DNA of 64,000 nucleotides from an uncultured Gammaproteobacteria bacterium (GTDB lineage: Bacteria > Pseudomonadota > Gammaproteobacteria > GCA-002705445 > GCA-002716945). The stretch spans positions 81,709-145,708 of the forward strand of contig CABYTF010000003.1 in assembly GCA_902521725.1 (NCBI GenBank). The letters are read 5' to 3'. Under the pieces are notes generated by a model that worked only from the letters and a program-made list of their open reading frames with translations, searched no databases and was not told where the DNA came from. This document shows, one piece after another, positions 20,310 through 30,616 of this stretch. Positions within the stretch are counted from its first letter, which is position 1. Every line of letters begins with the position of its first letter. The position numbers and the translations under genes were made by a program.

Positions 20310-21566
20310 ATGAGCTCTATAACTTTAGAAAGTCTTTTTTTGATCCTGATAATTTTATTATTCATGTCAGCATTTTTTTCTGGATCAGAAACAGCGCTGA
20401 TGAGTGTAAACAAGTATAAACTCAAACATCGTGTAAAAAATAATGAGTCTTCAGCGATAAGAGTAGAATACTTACTAAATAACACAGATAAAACACTAGG
20501 CTTAATATTGCTTCTAAATAACTTTGTTAATATTTTAGCCTCAGCTATCACAACTCTCATTGCCATTGAAGTTTATGGTGATAAAGGCGTCGCCATTGGA
20601 GCAGGAGTTTTAACTTTTCTGATATTAGTCTTCTCTGAGGTTACTCCAAAAACATTTGCATCGCATCATGCCGATGCTATTGCCTATAGAATATCTTTTA
20701 TATTCTACTATGCACTAAAAGTTTTCTCCCCAATTGTGATATTTATCAATTTTTTCTCAAAATCTATATTAAAAATATTTAGAGTAAATAAAAAATTAGT
20801 AGGGTCAGATAACCTTTCCAATGAAGAGATAAAAACTATTATCCAAGAATCATCGAGTAAAATCACAGAGAACTATGAGGAGATGGTGCTTAACTTACTA
20901 GATTTACAGCAGGTTACCGTAGAACATGCAATGATCCCAAAAAATGATGTGGAAGGAATTGATATAAATGACCTTGAGTCAAATATTAACAAAAAATTAA
21001 TAGATATAAATCATACGAGAATGCCGATTTATACAAAATCATTAAACAATATAAAAGGTTTCTTAAATAAGAAACATATCCCATCTATGGTAAAGGATAA
21101 TAATATAATTAAAGTTGAAAAATTGCTCGAATACACCACACAGCCTTATTTTATTCCTGAGGATACATCTTTACTCAGTCAACTTATAATCTTTAAGAAG
21201 GAAAAAAAGAGGATTGGTTGCGTTGTGGATGAGTATGGTGACATTAAAGGTATACTTACGCTTGACGATATATTAGAGGAAATTGTAGGAGAATACAGTG
21301 TGTCTGACCAAAAAGATGCTCTGATAAAGGACATATCTCAGAATAAAATTGAAGTTCATGGGTCTATTCAACTCAGAGACATAAATAAAAGGTTAGGTAT
21401 AAACTTGTCAGATTCTACAGTTACAACTATCAACGGATATATTCTTGAATCTTTGCAAGAGATCCCTCAAGCAGGTATGACTTTTAAGGAAGATAATATT
21501 ATTATAGAAGTAGAGAGGGTAAATAATAATTACGTAGAGAAAGCGATAATAACTAATAATGGCTAA
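20310..21566 (+). CDS. CNNM/CorC-family transporter (DUF21–CBS pair–CorC_HlyC)
   Basis: N-terminal DUF21 helices, a central CBS region, and a C-terminal transporter-associated domain ending KAIITN. Confidence 0.7.
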   Translation: MSSITLESLFLILIILLFMSAFFSGSETALMSVNKYKLKHRVKNNESSAIRVEYLLNNTDKTLGLILLLNNFVNILASAITTLIAIEVYGDKGVAIGAGVLTFLILVFSEVTPKTFASHHADAIAYRISFIFYYALKVFSPIVIFINFFSKSILKIFRVNKKLVGSDNLSNEEIKTIIQESSSKITENYEEMVLNLLDLQQVTVEHAMIPKNDVEGIDINDLESNINKKLIDINHTRMPIYTKSLNNIKGFLNKKHIPSMVKDNNIIKVEKLLEYTTQPYFIPEDTSLLSQLIIFKKEKKRIGCVVDEYGDIKGILTLDDILEEIVGEYSVSDQKDALIKDISQNKIEVHGSIQLRDINKRLGINLSDSTVTTINGYILESLQEIPQAGMTFKEDNIIIEVERVNNNYVEKAIITNNG

Positions 21567-21762
21567 GAAAAATACAAATTTAAGTAACTTTGAAAGTGAC
21601 TTGAAAAAACTTCAAGGTATATTAGATGATATTGAATCAGATAAGTTATCTTTAGAGGAATCAATTGAAAAATATAAAGAGGGTGTGGAGCTGTCTAAAA
21701 AATGTCAGAGAGCACTCGAAGATGCAAAACAAATAATTAAAGTCTTAGACGATGAAAAATAA
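21559..21762 (+). CDS. xseB: exodeoxyribonuclease VII small subunit
   Basis: 67 aa. FESDLKKLQGILDDIESDKLSLEESIEKYKEG matches the XseB consensus. Located upstream of dxs as in E. coli. Confidence 0.75.
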   Translation: MAKKNTNLSNFESDLKKLQGILDDIESDKLSLEESIEKYKEGVELSKKCQRALEDAKQIIKVLDDEK

Positions 21763-23641
21763 CAATTATCCTCTTTTGGATGAGATCAATACTCCGTCAG
21801 ATCTTAAAAAACTAAATGATGGTGAATTAAGATTACTTGCTGATGATATAAGAGCATACATACTAGAAGTTATCTCTCAAACCGGAGGACATCTTGCTGC
21901 AGGGCTAGGAACTGTAGAGTTATCTATATCTCTTCATTACGTATTTAATACCCCAATTGATAAGATCATCTGGGATGTTGGTCATCAATGCTACCCCCAT
22001 AAAATACTAACGGGTAGAAAAGACAAGATGCTGACAATAAGAAAATATAAAGGCATTAGCGGTTTCTTGAAGATAGATGAGAGTGAGTACGATGTTTTTG
22101 GAGCTGGTCATTCTAGTACATCCATAAGTGCAGCTCTAGGCATGGCGATAGCTAGAGATGCTAAGAATGAGAATTATAAGATTATTTCAGTTATAGGTGA
22201 TGGCGGTATTACTGCTGGTATGTCATATGAGGCACTATGTCATGCGGGATATCTGAAGAGAGATATGCTAGTGATTCTCAATGATAATGAGATGTCTATA
22301 TCGAGAAATGTAGGGGCGATGAATAAATATTTAACGAAGATTCTGTCTGGTAAGACTCTCTCAACTATTAAACAAAAAGGTGGTGAACTTCTTAGTGATA
22401 AATCTCCTATAAAAAGAATAATTAAAAAAATAAAAGATAATGCACAAAATATTTTATCTCCGGGACATTTATTTGAGGAAATTGGATTTAGCTATTATGG
22501 ACCTATAGATGGACATGATATTTCATCATTGAACAAGGTTTTGAGTAATCTCAGAGATAAAAGTGGTCCTATATTGCTACATGTGATTACAAAGAAGGGC
22601 AAGGGTTACAAGATAGCTGAACAAGATCCAATTAAGTACCATGGTGTAACTCCTTTTAATGTAAAGACGGGTGTCAGTGAGAAGATAAAATCACCAAAGA
22701 TGCTTACCTATACAAACATATTTAGTAAATGGATAAATTATGCAGCCTCAAATAATTCTAATTTCGTAGCAATTACTCCAGCAATGCGAGAGGGCTCTGG
22801 TCTCGTAGAGTTTGAGGAGAAATATCCTTCTAGATTCTTTGATGTTGGTATCGCAGAGCAACACTCCGTTACTCTAGCAGCAGGAATAGCATTAGGAGGG
22901 TTAAAACCAATTGTTGCAATATATTCTACATTTCTACAAAGAGCATTTGACCAGTTGGTTCATGATGTAAATCTTCAAAATTTAGATGTAATGTTTGCCA
23001 TAGATAGAGCTGGTCTAGTTGGTGCTGATGGAGAAACACACCATGGAATTTATGATATTTCTTTCATGCGTATACTGCCTAAAATTGTTCTAATGACGCC
23101 CTCAAATGAGAGAGAAATGTTATTAATGCTAAATACAGGACTCAATCATAATGGTCCATCAGCCATAAGATATCCCAGGGGTAACACCGAATCTAGTGAT
23201 ATAGATATGACAGAAGAAAAAATATTGATAGGTAAATCGAGACTGATCCAGAGAGGTGAGAAGGTTGCTATTCTTGTATTTGGACAATTATTGAATCAAG
23301 TAATTGATATTTCTAAGAGGTTATCTCTCACGCTCATAGATATGAGATTTGCCAAGCCTATCGACAAAGAGAGAGTAGATGAATTATCAAATACTCATCA
23401 ACACTTGATAACTATTGAAGATAACGTTGTCACAGGAGGGGCAGGATCATCTGTAAATGAATATCTTGTCGAGAAAGGATATGAAATTTCAATTACAAAC
23501 TTTGGGATACCTGATCAAATCATATCACATGGTAGTCAGGATGAGTTATATGCTGAGATCGGCTTAGATAAAAAATCGTTAGAATACAAAATTAATGAGA
23601 TATACAATTACATCTCAAGAAACAAAAAAATAGTAAAGTAA
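21752..23641 (+). CDS. dxs: 1-deoxy-D-xylulose-5-phosphate synthase
   Basis: GHLAAGLGTVEL, GDG TPP motif, HQCYPHKILTGR. 629 aa. Confidence 0.9.
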   Translation: MKNNNYPLLDEINTPSDLKKLNDGELRLLADDIRAYILEVISQTGGHLAAGLGTVELSISLHYVFNTPIDKIIWDVGHQCYPHKILTGRKDKMLTIRKYKGISGFLKIDESEYDVFGAGHSSTSISAALGMAIARDAKNENYKIISVIGDGGITAGMSYEALCHAGYLKRDMLVILNDNEMSISRNVGAMNKYLTKILSGKTLSTIKQKGGELLSDKSPIKRIIKKIKDNAQNILSPGHLFEEIGFSYYGPIDGHDISSLNKVLSNLRDKSGPILLHVITKKGKGYKIAEQDPIKYHGVTPFNVKTGVSEKIKSPKMLTYTNIFSKWINYAASNNSNFVAITPAMREGSGLVEFEEKYPSRFFDVGIAEQHSVTLAAGIALGGLKPIVAIYSTFLQRAFDQLVHDVNLQNLDVMFAIDRAGLVGADGETHHGIYDISFMRILPKIVLMTPSNEREMLLMLNTGLNHNGPSAIRYPRGNTESSDIDMTEEKILIGKSRLIQRGEKVAILVFGQLLNQVIDISKRLSLTLIDMRFAKPIDKERVDELSNTHQHLITIEDNVVTGGAGSSVNEYLVEKGYEISITNFGIPDQIISHGSQDELYAEIGLDKKSLEYKINEIYNYISRNKKIVK

Positions 23642-24009
23642 TGTTTAAACTTGTTGTTAAGAAAGAATTCTCATCGGCCCATATCTTGCATGGTCATCCA
23701 GGAGACTGCAAGCGGATGCATGGTCATAATTGGACAGTGGAAGCAAAAGTTGAGGGAGATAATATCAATAATATAGGTATGGTAATTGATTTTAAGGATG
23801 TAAAAAAAAGTCTAGCAGACATAATCTCCAAATTAGACCATAGGTTTCTTAATGAAATTGAACCATTCACTGAGGATAATCCTACAGCAGAAAATATTTC
23901 AAAATATATTTATAAAGAACTATCAAAAAATATTAATACTGATAACATTAAAGTCAGTGAAATTAAACTTTGGGAAACAAACAATTCTGCAGTGATTTAC
24001 ACGGAATGA
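23641..24009 (+). CDS. queD: 6-carboxy-5,6,7,8-tetrahydropterin synthase / PTPS-family protein
   Basis: CKRMHGHNW (CxxxHGH) motif. 122 aa. Confidence 0.7.
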   Translation: MFKLVVKKEFSSAHILHGHPGDCKRMHGHNWTVEAKVEGDNINNIGMVIDFKDVKKSLADIISKLDHRFLNEIEPFTEDNPTAENISKYIYKELSKNINTDNIKVSEIKLWETNNSAVIYTE

Positions 24010-24024
24010 ACAACAGGGGGTAGA

Positions 24025-24834
24025 ATGTCCACATCAAAGTCAAAATTAGAAATTAATAACCTTCCAGACACGCAAGGCCAGGCTGATACAAGAAACATGC
24101 CAATTAACAAAGTAGGGATAAAAGACATAGTTCATCCTATGATTATTAAGCAAAGATCAGGTAAAGAGCAATCTACAATTGCAAACTTCAACATGTATGT
24201 AAATCTTCCTCATGATTTCAAGGGCACCCATATGTCAAGATTCGTTCATATTCTTAATAATCATGAAGAACAAATTACAGTTGACTCCTTCAAAAAAATG
24301 ATTGATGAAATGCTTATTCTTCTTGAAGCAGAATCGGGTCATATTGAAATGAAGTTTCCATATTTTATTAATAAAACTGCACCTGTTTCAAAAGTACAAA
24401 GCTTGCTTGACTACTCTGTGTCTTTAATAGGTGAGATTGAAGACGGTAAATCAAAATTGAAAGTCAAAGTTTTAGTGCCTGTAACTAGCCTTTGCCCATG
24501 CTCAAAGAAAATTTCAGATTATGGAGCTCACAATCAAAGATCTCATGTAACGATTACAGTCACGATAAATGACTTTATATGGATTGAGGAAATAATTGAT
24601 ATAGTGGAAAAAGAAGCCTCGTCTGAATTGTATGGTTTGCTAAAAAGACCAGATGAAAAATTTGTTACAGAGCGAGCTTATGATAATCCCAAATTTGTTG
24701 AAGACATGGTCAGAGATATTGCGGTACACTTCAACAATGATGATAGAGTGACTGAGTATGTCGTTGAATCTGAGAATTTTGAGTCAATACATAATCACTC
24801 AGCGTATGCTCAGATTCATAAAGTCAAAGATTAA
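24025..24834 (+). CDS. folE2: GTP cyclohydrolase FolE2 (type IB)
   Basis: [22 protein letters not shown] matches the FolE2/MptA signature region. Confidence 0.8.
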   Translation: MSTSKSKLEINNLPDTQGQADTRNMPINKVGIKDIVHPMIIKQRSGKEQSTIANFNMYVNLPHDFKGTHMSRFVHILNNHEEQITVDSFKKMIDEMLILLEAESGHIEMKFPYFINKTAPVSKVQSLLDYSVSLIGEIEDGKSKLKVKVLVPVTSLCPCSKKISDYGAHNQRSHVTITVTINDFIWIEEIIDIVEKEASSELYGLLKRPDEKFVTERAYDNPKFVEDMVRDIAVHFNNDDRVTEYVVESENFESIHNHSAYAQIHKVKD

Positions 24835-24837
24835 TAT

Positions 24838-26049
24838 CTAACGAAGATTGGCGTACAGTCCTCTGATAAGCTCTTCTGTTGGCGAAGTCTGAACTTGGGT
24901 ATAAGATTCATTCTCAATTGTAACAAGTGTATGTTCTCCTTTTTCTCCACCTTGAGAAACTCTTACGATGATTGTGTCGGCTTGATCATCACCACCAAAA
25001 AGTTTATCAAACAACCCGGGGCTTTCTTTTACGGTTTTATTACTTAAAATTATCTGTCTTTTTTCAAGGTACTCACTTTCGGTAACAATCGATCTATCTC
25101 GTAAAGAGGAAAGCTTACTCAGTGCTTCAGTAACTTGTGGACTGTAACTTATTGATTCACTCAATGAGACTAGTATCAATCCATCAGAAGGATTTTCGGA
25201 AAGTATATTAATACCGAGTTTATCTAGGCTAGATATGATTCTAGGATAGACTCTTTCATATATGTCTGGAATGAATAATGTTTGAAATCCTCGATCGTCA
25301 CTTGATAATAATACCTTATCAGTTGTCCTATTAATATTTGCTACGACATATCCTGCTTCTCTTGCTTCATCGCCTCCGAGGTACATAAACATTCTGCTTA
25401 TCATCTCATTTTCAAATTCAATATCTCTTGGTCTATTTTGCCATCTGAATTCGGTGTCTCCATCAGACATAAATTCTTTACCATAATGGGTTACAACTAC
25501 ATCGTAGCCATTCTCTTTTTTTACTAGTCTAGTGCTGTAACTATCTCTTGTTTCAGGCGATACTAATAACGGTACATATCTTCCAACTACTCGCTGAACA
25601 GTACCAAGCTGTGCTTCACTAAGATTCTCTAAATAGTTTGTCCTAATAGAAGCAATAGTAATATCCTCATTAAGAATTTGAAATCCTTCAGTTAGCCAGA
25701 ATGATTTTATATTATTCCAAAGTAAAATTTTATCAGTTGTAGATACAGACAAGAACATACTTTGACCTTGCCTGAAAATTTTAATATTATCTAACTGGGT
25801 GTCCACAGTGAACAATTTTTCACTATCATTTTTCACAATCTCAGGTAAGGATAAGGATCTTTCAGTATTTGGTTGAGTCAGATCAGGGGGTATTATTAGC
25901 TCAATTTGAGAAGATGAATAATCTCTGTCTGTTTTATAAACTAGTTGTTCATTTCTGGGATCAGATAATATGTTTTTTGCATAGTTATTAAGACCAGAGC
26001 ATCCTGCGGAAAATATTGATAATAGTATGACTATTGCAATTTTATTCAT
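24838..26049 (-). CDS. lipoprotein, BamC/NlpB-like (downstream of dapA)
   Basis: Lipobox LSIFSAGCSG. Occupies the dapA–nlpB(bamC) position of E. coli. Assignment rests on synteny plus lipoprotein features only. Confidence 0.45.
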   Translation of the reverse strand: MNKIAIVILLSIFSAGCSGLNNYAKNILSDPRNEQLVYKTDRDYSSSQIELIIPPDLTQPNTERSLSLPEIVKNDSEKLFTVDTQLDNIKIFRQGQSMFLSVSTTDKILLWNNIKSFWLTEGFQILNEDITIASIRTNYLENLSEAQLGTVQRVVGRYVPLLVSPETRDSYSTRLVKKENGYDVVVTHYGKEFMSDGDTEFRWQNRPRDIEFENEMISRMFMYLGGDEAREAGYVVANINRTTDKVLLSSDDRGFQTLFIPDIYERVYPRIISSLDKLGINILSENPSDGLILVSLSESISYSPQVTEALSKLSSLRDRSIVTESEYLEKRQIILSNKTVKESPGLFDKLFGGDDQADTIIVRVSQGGEKGEHTLVTIENESYTQVQTSPTEELIRGLYANLR

Positions 26050-26929
26050 CGATGACTCCTGATTTTATCAAGCCCTCAGTCAACGGTCTATCGAATTTTT
26101 CATCCATCCATGTCAGAGGGAGTCTTATGCCTTTTTTGATGAGTCCCATCTTATGTAAGCACCATTTAACCGGTATGGGGTTAGATTCACAGAATAATAA
26201 ATCATGGAGAATATCTAATTTTAAATTTAATTTTGATGCATTTTCAATATCACCCTCAAGAGCACTCTGGCACATTTGATGCATCTCCAAAGGCGCCACA
26301 TTAGCAGTCACCGAAATATTCCCTGAAAACCCGTCTGCTATATCAGACATAGATGTTTTATCATCGCCAGTGAAAATCTTCATATTCTTCGAGCATAATT
26401 TCATAAGAGATGTTGATCTATCTTTACTGCCTGATGCTTCTTTTATACCGACAATATTTTTGTGAGTTGACAGTCTCAGTACAGTTTCAGGTTGCATATC
26501 CACGGATGTTCTCCCTGGCACATTATATAGGATTTGGGGAATATCAACCTGGTCAGCAATTTTTTTATAATGCTGATAAAGTCCTTCTTGTGTAGGTTTA
26601 TTGTAATATGGCGTGACAAGTAGGCAGCCATCAGCCCCATTATTTTTTGCGCTTTTTGTTAACTCAACTGCCTCTGATGTCGAGTTAGCACCTGTTCCAG
26701 CTATGACAGGAATTCTGCCATTTACAAACTCAATAGTTTTCTTTATTACTTGCGAGTGCTCATCGAAATCTAGTGTGGCAGATTCTCCAGTAGTTCCTAC
26801 TGATATAATTACATCTGTCTGATTTTCAATATGAAATTCAATTAAATTTTTAAGAGAAATGAAGTCAATAGAACCATCTTCATTCATAGGAGTCACTATG
26901 GCAACCATGCTTCCTCTAAACATATTCAT
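26042..26929 (-). CDS. dapA: 4-hydroxy-tetrahydrodipicolinate synthase
   Basis: MFRGSMVAIVTPM...GTTGES...YNVPGRT DapA motifs. The true start is probably Met3 of the tracked ORF. Confidence 0.85.
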   Translation of the reverse strand: MNMFRGSMVAIVTPMNEDGSIDFISLKNLIEFHIENQTDVIISVGTTGESATLDFDEHSQVIKKTIEFVNGRIPVIAGTGANSTSEAVELTKSAKNNGADGCLLVTPYYNKPTQEGLYQHYKKIADQVDIPQILYNVPGRTSVDMQPETVLRLSTHKNIVGIKEASGSKDRSTSLMKLCSKNMKIFTGDDKTSMSDIADGFSGNISVTANVAPLEMHQMCQSALEGDIENASKLNLKLDILHDLLFCESNPIPVKWCLHKMGLIKKGIRLPLTWMDEKFDRPLTEGLIKSGVIDE

Positions 26930-26938
26930 AAATATTCC

Positions 26939-27991
26939 TTATGTTGTTGCACGTGGCCATACATTTAAGATTGTATTAATCAATACTGCAAGAGGTATAG
27001 CGAAAAAGACACCCCAAATACCCCATACAGACCCAAAGAATAATATAGACAATAGTATAGCAAACGGATGGATATTTACAGCGTCTGAGAATAGAATTGG
27101 AACTACAACATTCCCGTCGATAGCCTGTATCAACAAATGACCAATCACAACGTACCAAAATTCTGATGCAATCCCCCATTGAAAATAAGCAACTAATACT
27201 ATAGGAATAGTGACAGCAATCATACCTACGTAGGGAATAATAACAGAGATGCCACATAGAAAGCTTAACAATAGGGAATAATTGAACCCCAGTGAAATGA
27301 ATAAAATAAATGATGCTACCCATACAATAATAATTTCGATGAATTTGCATCTTATGTAATTTCCAATTTTTAAGTTTAGTTCTGAGTAAGCTTTTTGAGT
27401 CAACTCTAATTTTTTAGGAAAAAATTTTGATATCCAACCATTGATAGCATCCTTATCAAACAGCATGAAAAAAATCATAATCGGTACCAGAATTGTGTAG
27501 ACAATTATTGCAAAAAGTCCGCCTGCTGATGCTAGAGAAAATGCAAATATAGAATTTCCTAATTTCGATGTTTCTCCCTGAAGACCAAGAAAGAGGCTAT
27601 CAATGTAGTCTTTGGGAATATACTCATTTTGATCATACATACCCAAAATGAGATTTTTGCTTTTATCAAATATTTCGGGTAGAGATTTTACAAATAATGT
27701 AAGTTGGTCAAGTAATAAAGGTATTAGCATGAACAATGTTATTACACTTAAAATCAAGAATATTAAAAAGACTACAATTACAGAAATATTTCTAACAATA
27801 TGAGCAGTCTTCATGAGATTTTGAACAAGACCCTCCAACATATATGCTAAAACAATAGCAACTAAAATAGGCGATATGGTTTGAATAAGAATATAAGTTA
27901 TTAAAACAGAAAAAATCACTATCAAAGCAAGTGATACCTGATTAGGGTCAGTAAAGTTTTCTTCGTACCATTGTTTTAAATAATTAAGCAT
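26939..27991 (-). CDS. AI-2E family transporter (PerM-like)
   Basis: 350-aa polytopic membrane protein with AI-2E family topology and composition. The E. coli perM-like neighbourhood (hda, purMN) is nearby. Confidence 0.65.
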   Translation of the reverse strand: MLNYLKQWYEENFTDPNQVSLALIVIFSVLITYILIQTISPILVAIVLAYMLEGLVQNLMKTAHIVRNISVIVVFLIFLILSVITLFMLIPLLLDQLTLFVKSLPEIFDKSKNLILGMYDQNEYIPKDYIDSLFLGLQGETSKLGNSIFAFSLASAGGLFAIIVYTILVPIMIFFMLFDKDAINGWISKFFPKKLELTQKAYSELNLKIGNYIRCKFIEIIIVWVASFILFISLGFNYSLLLSFLCGISVIIPYVGMIAVTIPIVLVAYFQWGIASEFWYVVIGHLLIQAIDGNVVVPILFSDAVNIHPFAILLSILFFGSVWGIWGVFFAIPLAVLINTILNVWPRATT

Positions 27992-28074
27992 TGATCAGTT
28001 TATCAAGATTATTGATATATATGATACATACAATCATGGTAAACTTAAACAATTATAGGTTTCTAAAGAGTGTA

Positions 28075-29331
28075 ATGAAGGCATCGAAATACCCACTATT
28101 TACCCAGAAAAATGAACCATCTGACGCTGAGATCATCAGTCACAAGCTTATGATTAAAGCAGGCTTAGTAAGACAACAATCTTCAGGACAATATAGTTTT
28201 CTCCCAATTGGCTTACGAATACTAAAAAAGATAGAAAATATCATTCGCCAAGAGATGAATGCAATTGGATCTGCTGAAATTCTTATGCCCTCAATTCAGC
28301 CGCGTGAGCTTTGGCAAGAATCAGGAAGATGGGATGATTACGGACCCGAGCTTCTAAGATTAAATGATAGACATGACAGAGAGTATTGTGTTGGTCCGAC
28401 ATTTGAGGAGGTTATAACAGATTTGATAAGAAAAGAACTTAATAGCTATAAACAACTTCCTATAAATCTTTATCAAATATCCTCAAAGTTTAGAGATGAA
28501 ATAAGGCCAAGATTTGGGATAATGCGAGCGAGAGAGTTCACCATGAAAGATGCTTACTCATTTCATATGGATAATACTTGTCTGGATGAGTGGTATGAAG
28601 TCTACAAAGAAGCATACAATAAGATATTCACGCGCCTACAATTAGAATACACTATGGTTGATGCAGATAGTGGCAATATTGGTGGGAGTAAATCAAATGA
28701 ATTTCATGTTATTGCAGACACTGGTGAGGATGATCTTCTAATTGATAAACATGGTGTTGGAATTAATTTTGAAATCGCAAAAGAAAAATATAAAACAGAT
28801 GATATAGAAAAAATTAGTAGTGAAAATGATCTTATACATAAAAAAGGCATAGAAGTTGGTCACATCTTTAAGTTAGGTGACAAATATAGTAAATCAATGA
28901 ATCTCTCTATCGCAGATTCGGAAAATAATAGTCATTTTCTTCAAATGGGCTGCTATGGCATTGGAGTGTCTAGAATAATCGCAGCAGCTATTGAACAAAA
29001 CTATGATGCAAACGGCATCATTTGGCCAAAAAGTATTTCGCCTTTTGATGTAGTCCTTATTGAAATCGACGGTGATAAAAATAAAGACGTTAGAGAATAT
29101 TCAGAAAATATTTATGAAATGCTAATTGATAAAGAACTAGACATAATTTTAGATGATAGAAATGCGAAACTAGGCAATAAACTCAATGACTGGGAGCTGA
29201 TAGGTGTTCCTCAGTTTATTATCATTGGGAGATCTGAAGCACAAAACAATGAGGTCACATATAAAAAAAGAGGTAGTGCAGAAAAAGATACTTTAAAACA
29301 CGATGATATTTATAACGTTCTAACAAGTTAA
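28075..29331 (+). CDS. proS: proline--tRNA ligase, short form lacking the INS editing insertion
   Basis: MKASKYPLFTQKNEPSDAEIISHKLMIKAGLVRQ aligns to the E. coli ProRS N-terminus. Class II motifs are FGIMRAREFTMKDAYSFH and GCYGIGVSRII. About 420 aa versus 572 in E. coli. The tracked ORF begins 28 codons earlier, at 27991. Confidence 0.8.
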   Translation: MKASKYPLFTQKNEPSDAEIISHKLMIKAGLVRQQSSGQYSFLPIGLRILKKIENIIRQEMNAIGSAEILMPSIQPRELWQESGRWDDYGPELLRLNDRHDREYCVGPTFEEVITDLIRKELNSYKQLPINLYQISSKFRDEIRPRFGIMRAREFTMKDAYSFHMDNTCLDEWYEVYKEAYNKIFTRLQLEYTMVDADSGNIGGSKSNEFHVIADTGEDDLLIDKHGVGINFEIAKEKYKTDDIEKISSENDLIHKKGIEVGHIFKLGDKYSKSMNLSIADSENNSHFLQMGCYGIGVSRIIAAAIEQNYDANGIIWPKSISPFDVVLIEIDGDKNKDVREYSENIYEMLIDKELDIILDDRNAKLGNKLNDWELIGVPQFIIIGRSEAQNNEVTYKKRGSAEKDTLKHDDIYNVLTS

Positions 29332-29633
29332 TCTAAAAAACGATATTTATCCTTTTGCTTCTCATACTGCTCATATGCCATATTAGCTTCATTCAACGCT
29401 TTTTTGGCTAATGTGACTGATTTCTCATAATTCTGCTCTTTGTGTGCCTTCTTAGCATTTTTAATTATTTTCTTGGTATCTCGCCATGCATTTTTAACCT
29501 TTAAAACTTTTTTATATTTTTTCTCAGCTTCTTGGATTATTTCAGAAGACGTTTGCTCATCGAATTGATCAGCGCTGATATTTGGTGCTAGGAATGATGA
29601 AAATATAAAAACTAGGAATAAAGCAATTCTCAT
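29328..29633 (-). CDS. small Lys-rich secreted protein, unknown function
   Basis: Signal peptide MRIALFLVFIFSSFLAPNISA followed by a charged helical region. Confidence 0.4.
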   Translation of the reverse strand: MRIALFLVFIFSSFLAPNISADQFDEQTSSEIIQEAEKKYKKVLKVKNAWRDTKKIIKNAKKAHKEQNYEKSVTLAKKALNEANMAYEQYEKQKDKYRFLD

Positions 29634-30052
29634 TTATCATTCTCCAAAAATATTATATCTGATTCTTCCCTATAACCGACAACCCAGAGACCCCTTATTT
29701 TTGCATATTCTCTAGCTTTGACTCTAGATTTATCTGAAATATTTCTGTGTATTATGAGGCTTTGGCCAGGTAAAATCAAATCTGCATCGTATATCTTATT
29801 TTGGTTGTTTTTGAAAATATTTGGCCAGACAAAAGGATCATCATAATATTTGTAAGATATATCCCATAATGTGTCTCCATAAACAACTGTGTGGTATTGA
29901 GTTGGCTCATTATCATCTACGATGCTAGAGAACTTTGTTGTGCCTTCGATATCTATGGTTTGAGATGTACATGATGATAGGGTAATTACTATAAAAAACA
30001 AAATTGATGCAAATGTGTTCTTTTTAAAGTTCATAAAAGGTATCCTATGCAT
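29630..30052 (-). CDS. LysM domain lipoprotein
   Basis: Lipobox LSSCTS. LysM motif YHTVVYGDTLWDISYKYY. Confidence 0.55.
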   Translation of the reverse strand: MHRIPFMNFKKNTFASILFFIVITLSSCTSQTIDIEGTTKFSSIVDDNEPTQYHTVVYGDTLWDISYKYYDDPFVWPNIFKNNQNKIYDADLILPGQSLIIHRNISDKSRVKAREYAKIRGLWVVGYREESDIIFLENDK

Positions 30053-30616
30053 ATGAATGATATCTTAATACTATATTACTCAAAAAATGATTCAACAAAA
30101 AAAATGGCTCGTGCTATAGCGCGTGGAATCGAATCATCAAATCTGGCAAGTTCATCTATAAGAACAGTTCACTCTGACAGTTACAAAGAAAGTGATGACA
30201 TACTTGTAACTAAAGAAGATCTTAAAAAATGCTCAGGAATGATAATTGGCAGTCCCACTCATTTCGGAAATATGGCTGCTCCTCTGAAAGCTTTTTTTGA
30301 TAGTACAACAGATGAATGGTTTAATAATACCCTAGAGAGTAAATTAGGTGGTGTATTCACTTCTACCTCAAGTATGCACGGCGGCCAGGAGACTACACTA
30401 ATAAGCATGATGATGCCTTTAATTCATCATGGCATGATCATAGCTGGGGTGCCATATAGTGAGAAAAATCTATCATCGACAATCTCAGGTGGAACACCTT
30501 ATGGTCCTAGTCACGTTTCTCACAATCAAAAAGTAGATTTGACTGAAGAAGAAAAACTAATTTGTTTATCATACGGCAAAAGATTTGCTGAGTTAGTGGG
30601 TAAGTTAAATTCTTAA
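30053..30616 (+). CDS. wrbA: NAD(P)H:quinone oxidoreductase, WrbA type
   Basis: ILILYYS...GSPTHFGNMAAPLKAFFD...GGTPYGPS aligns with E. coli WrbA. Confidence 0.75.
   Translation: MNDILILYYSKNDSTKKMARAIARGIESSNLASSSIRTVHSDSYKESDDILVTKEDLKKCSGMIIGSPTHFGNMAAPLKAFFDSTTDEWFNNTLESKLGGVFTSTSSMHGGQETTLISMMMPLIHHGMIIAGVPYSEKNLSSTISGGTPYGPSHVSHNQKVDLTEEEKLICLSYGKRFAELVGKLNS

Noticed and set aside
26410-27350. ORFs inside or antisense to dapA and perM (26410..26595, 26613..26822, 26859..27140, 26976..27350)
   Set aside because: All overlap the well-supported dapA or AI-2E transporter frames and have low-complexity or Cys-rich spurious composition.
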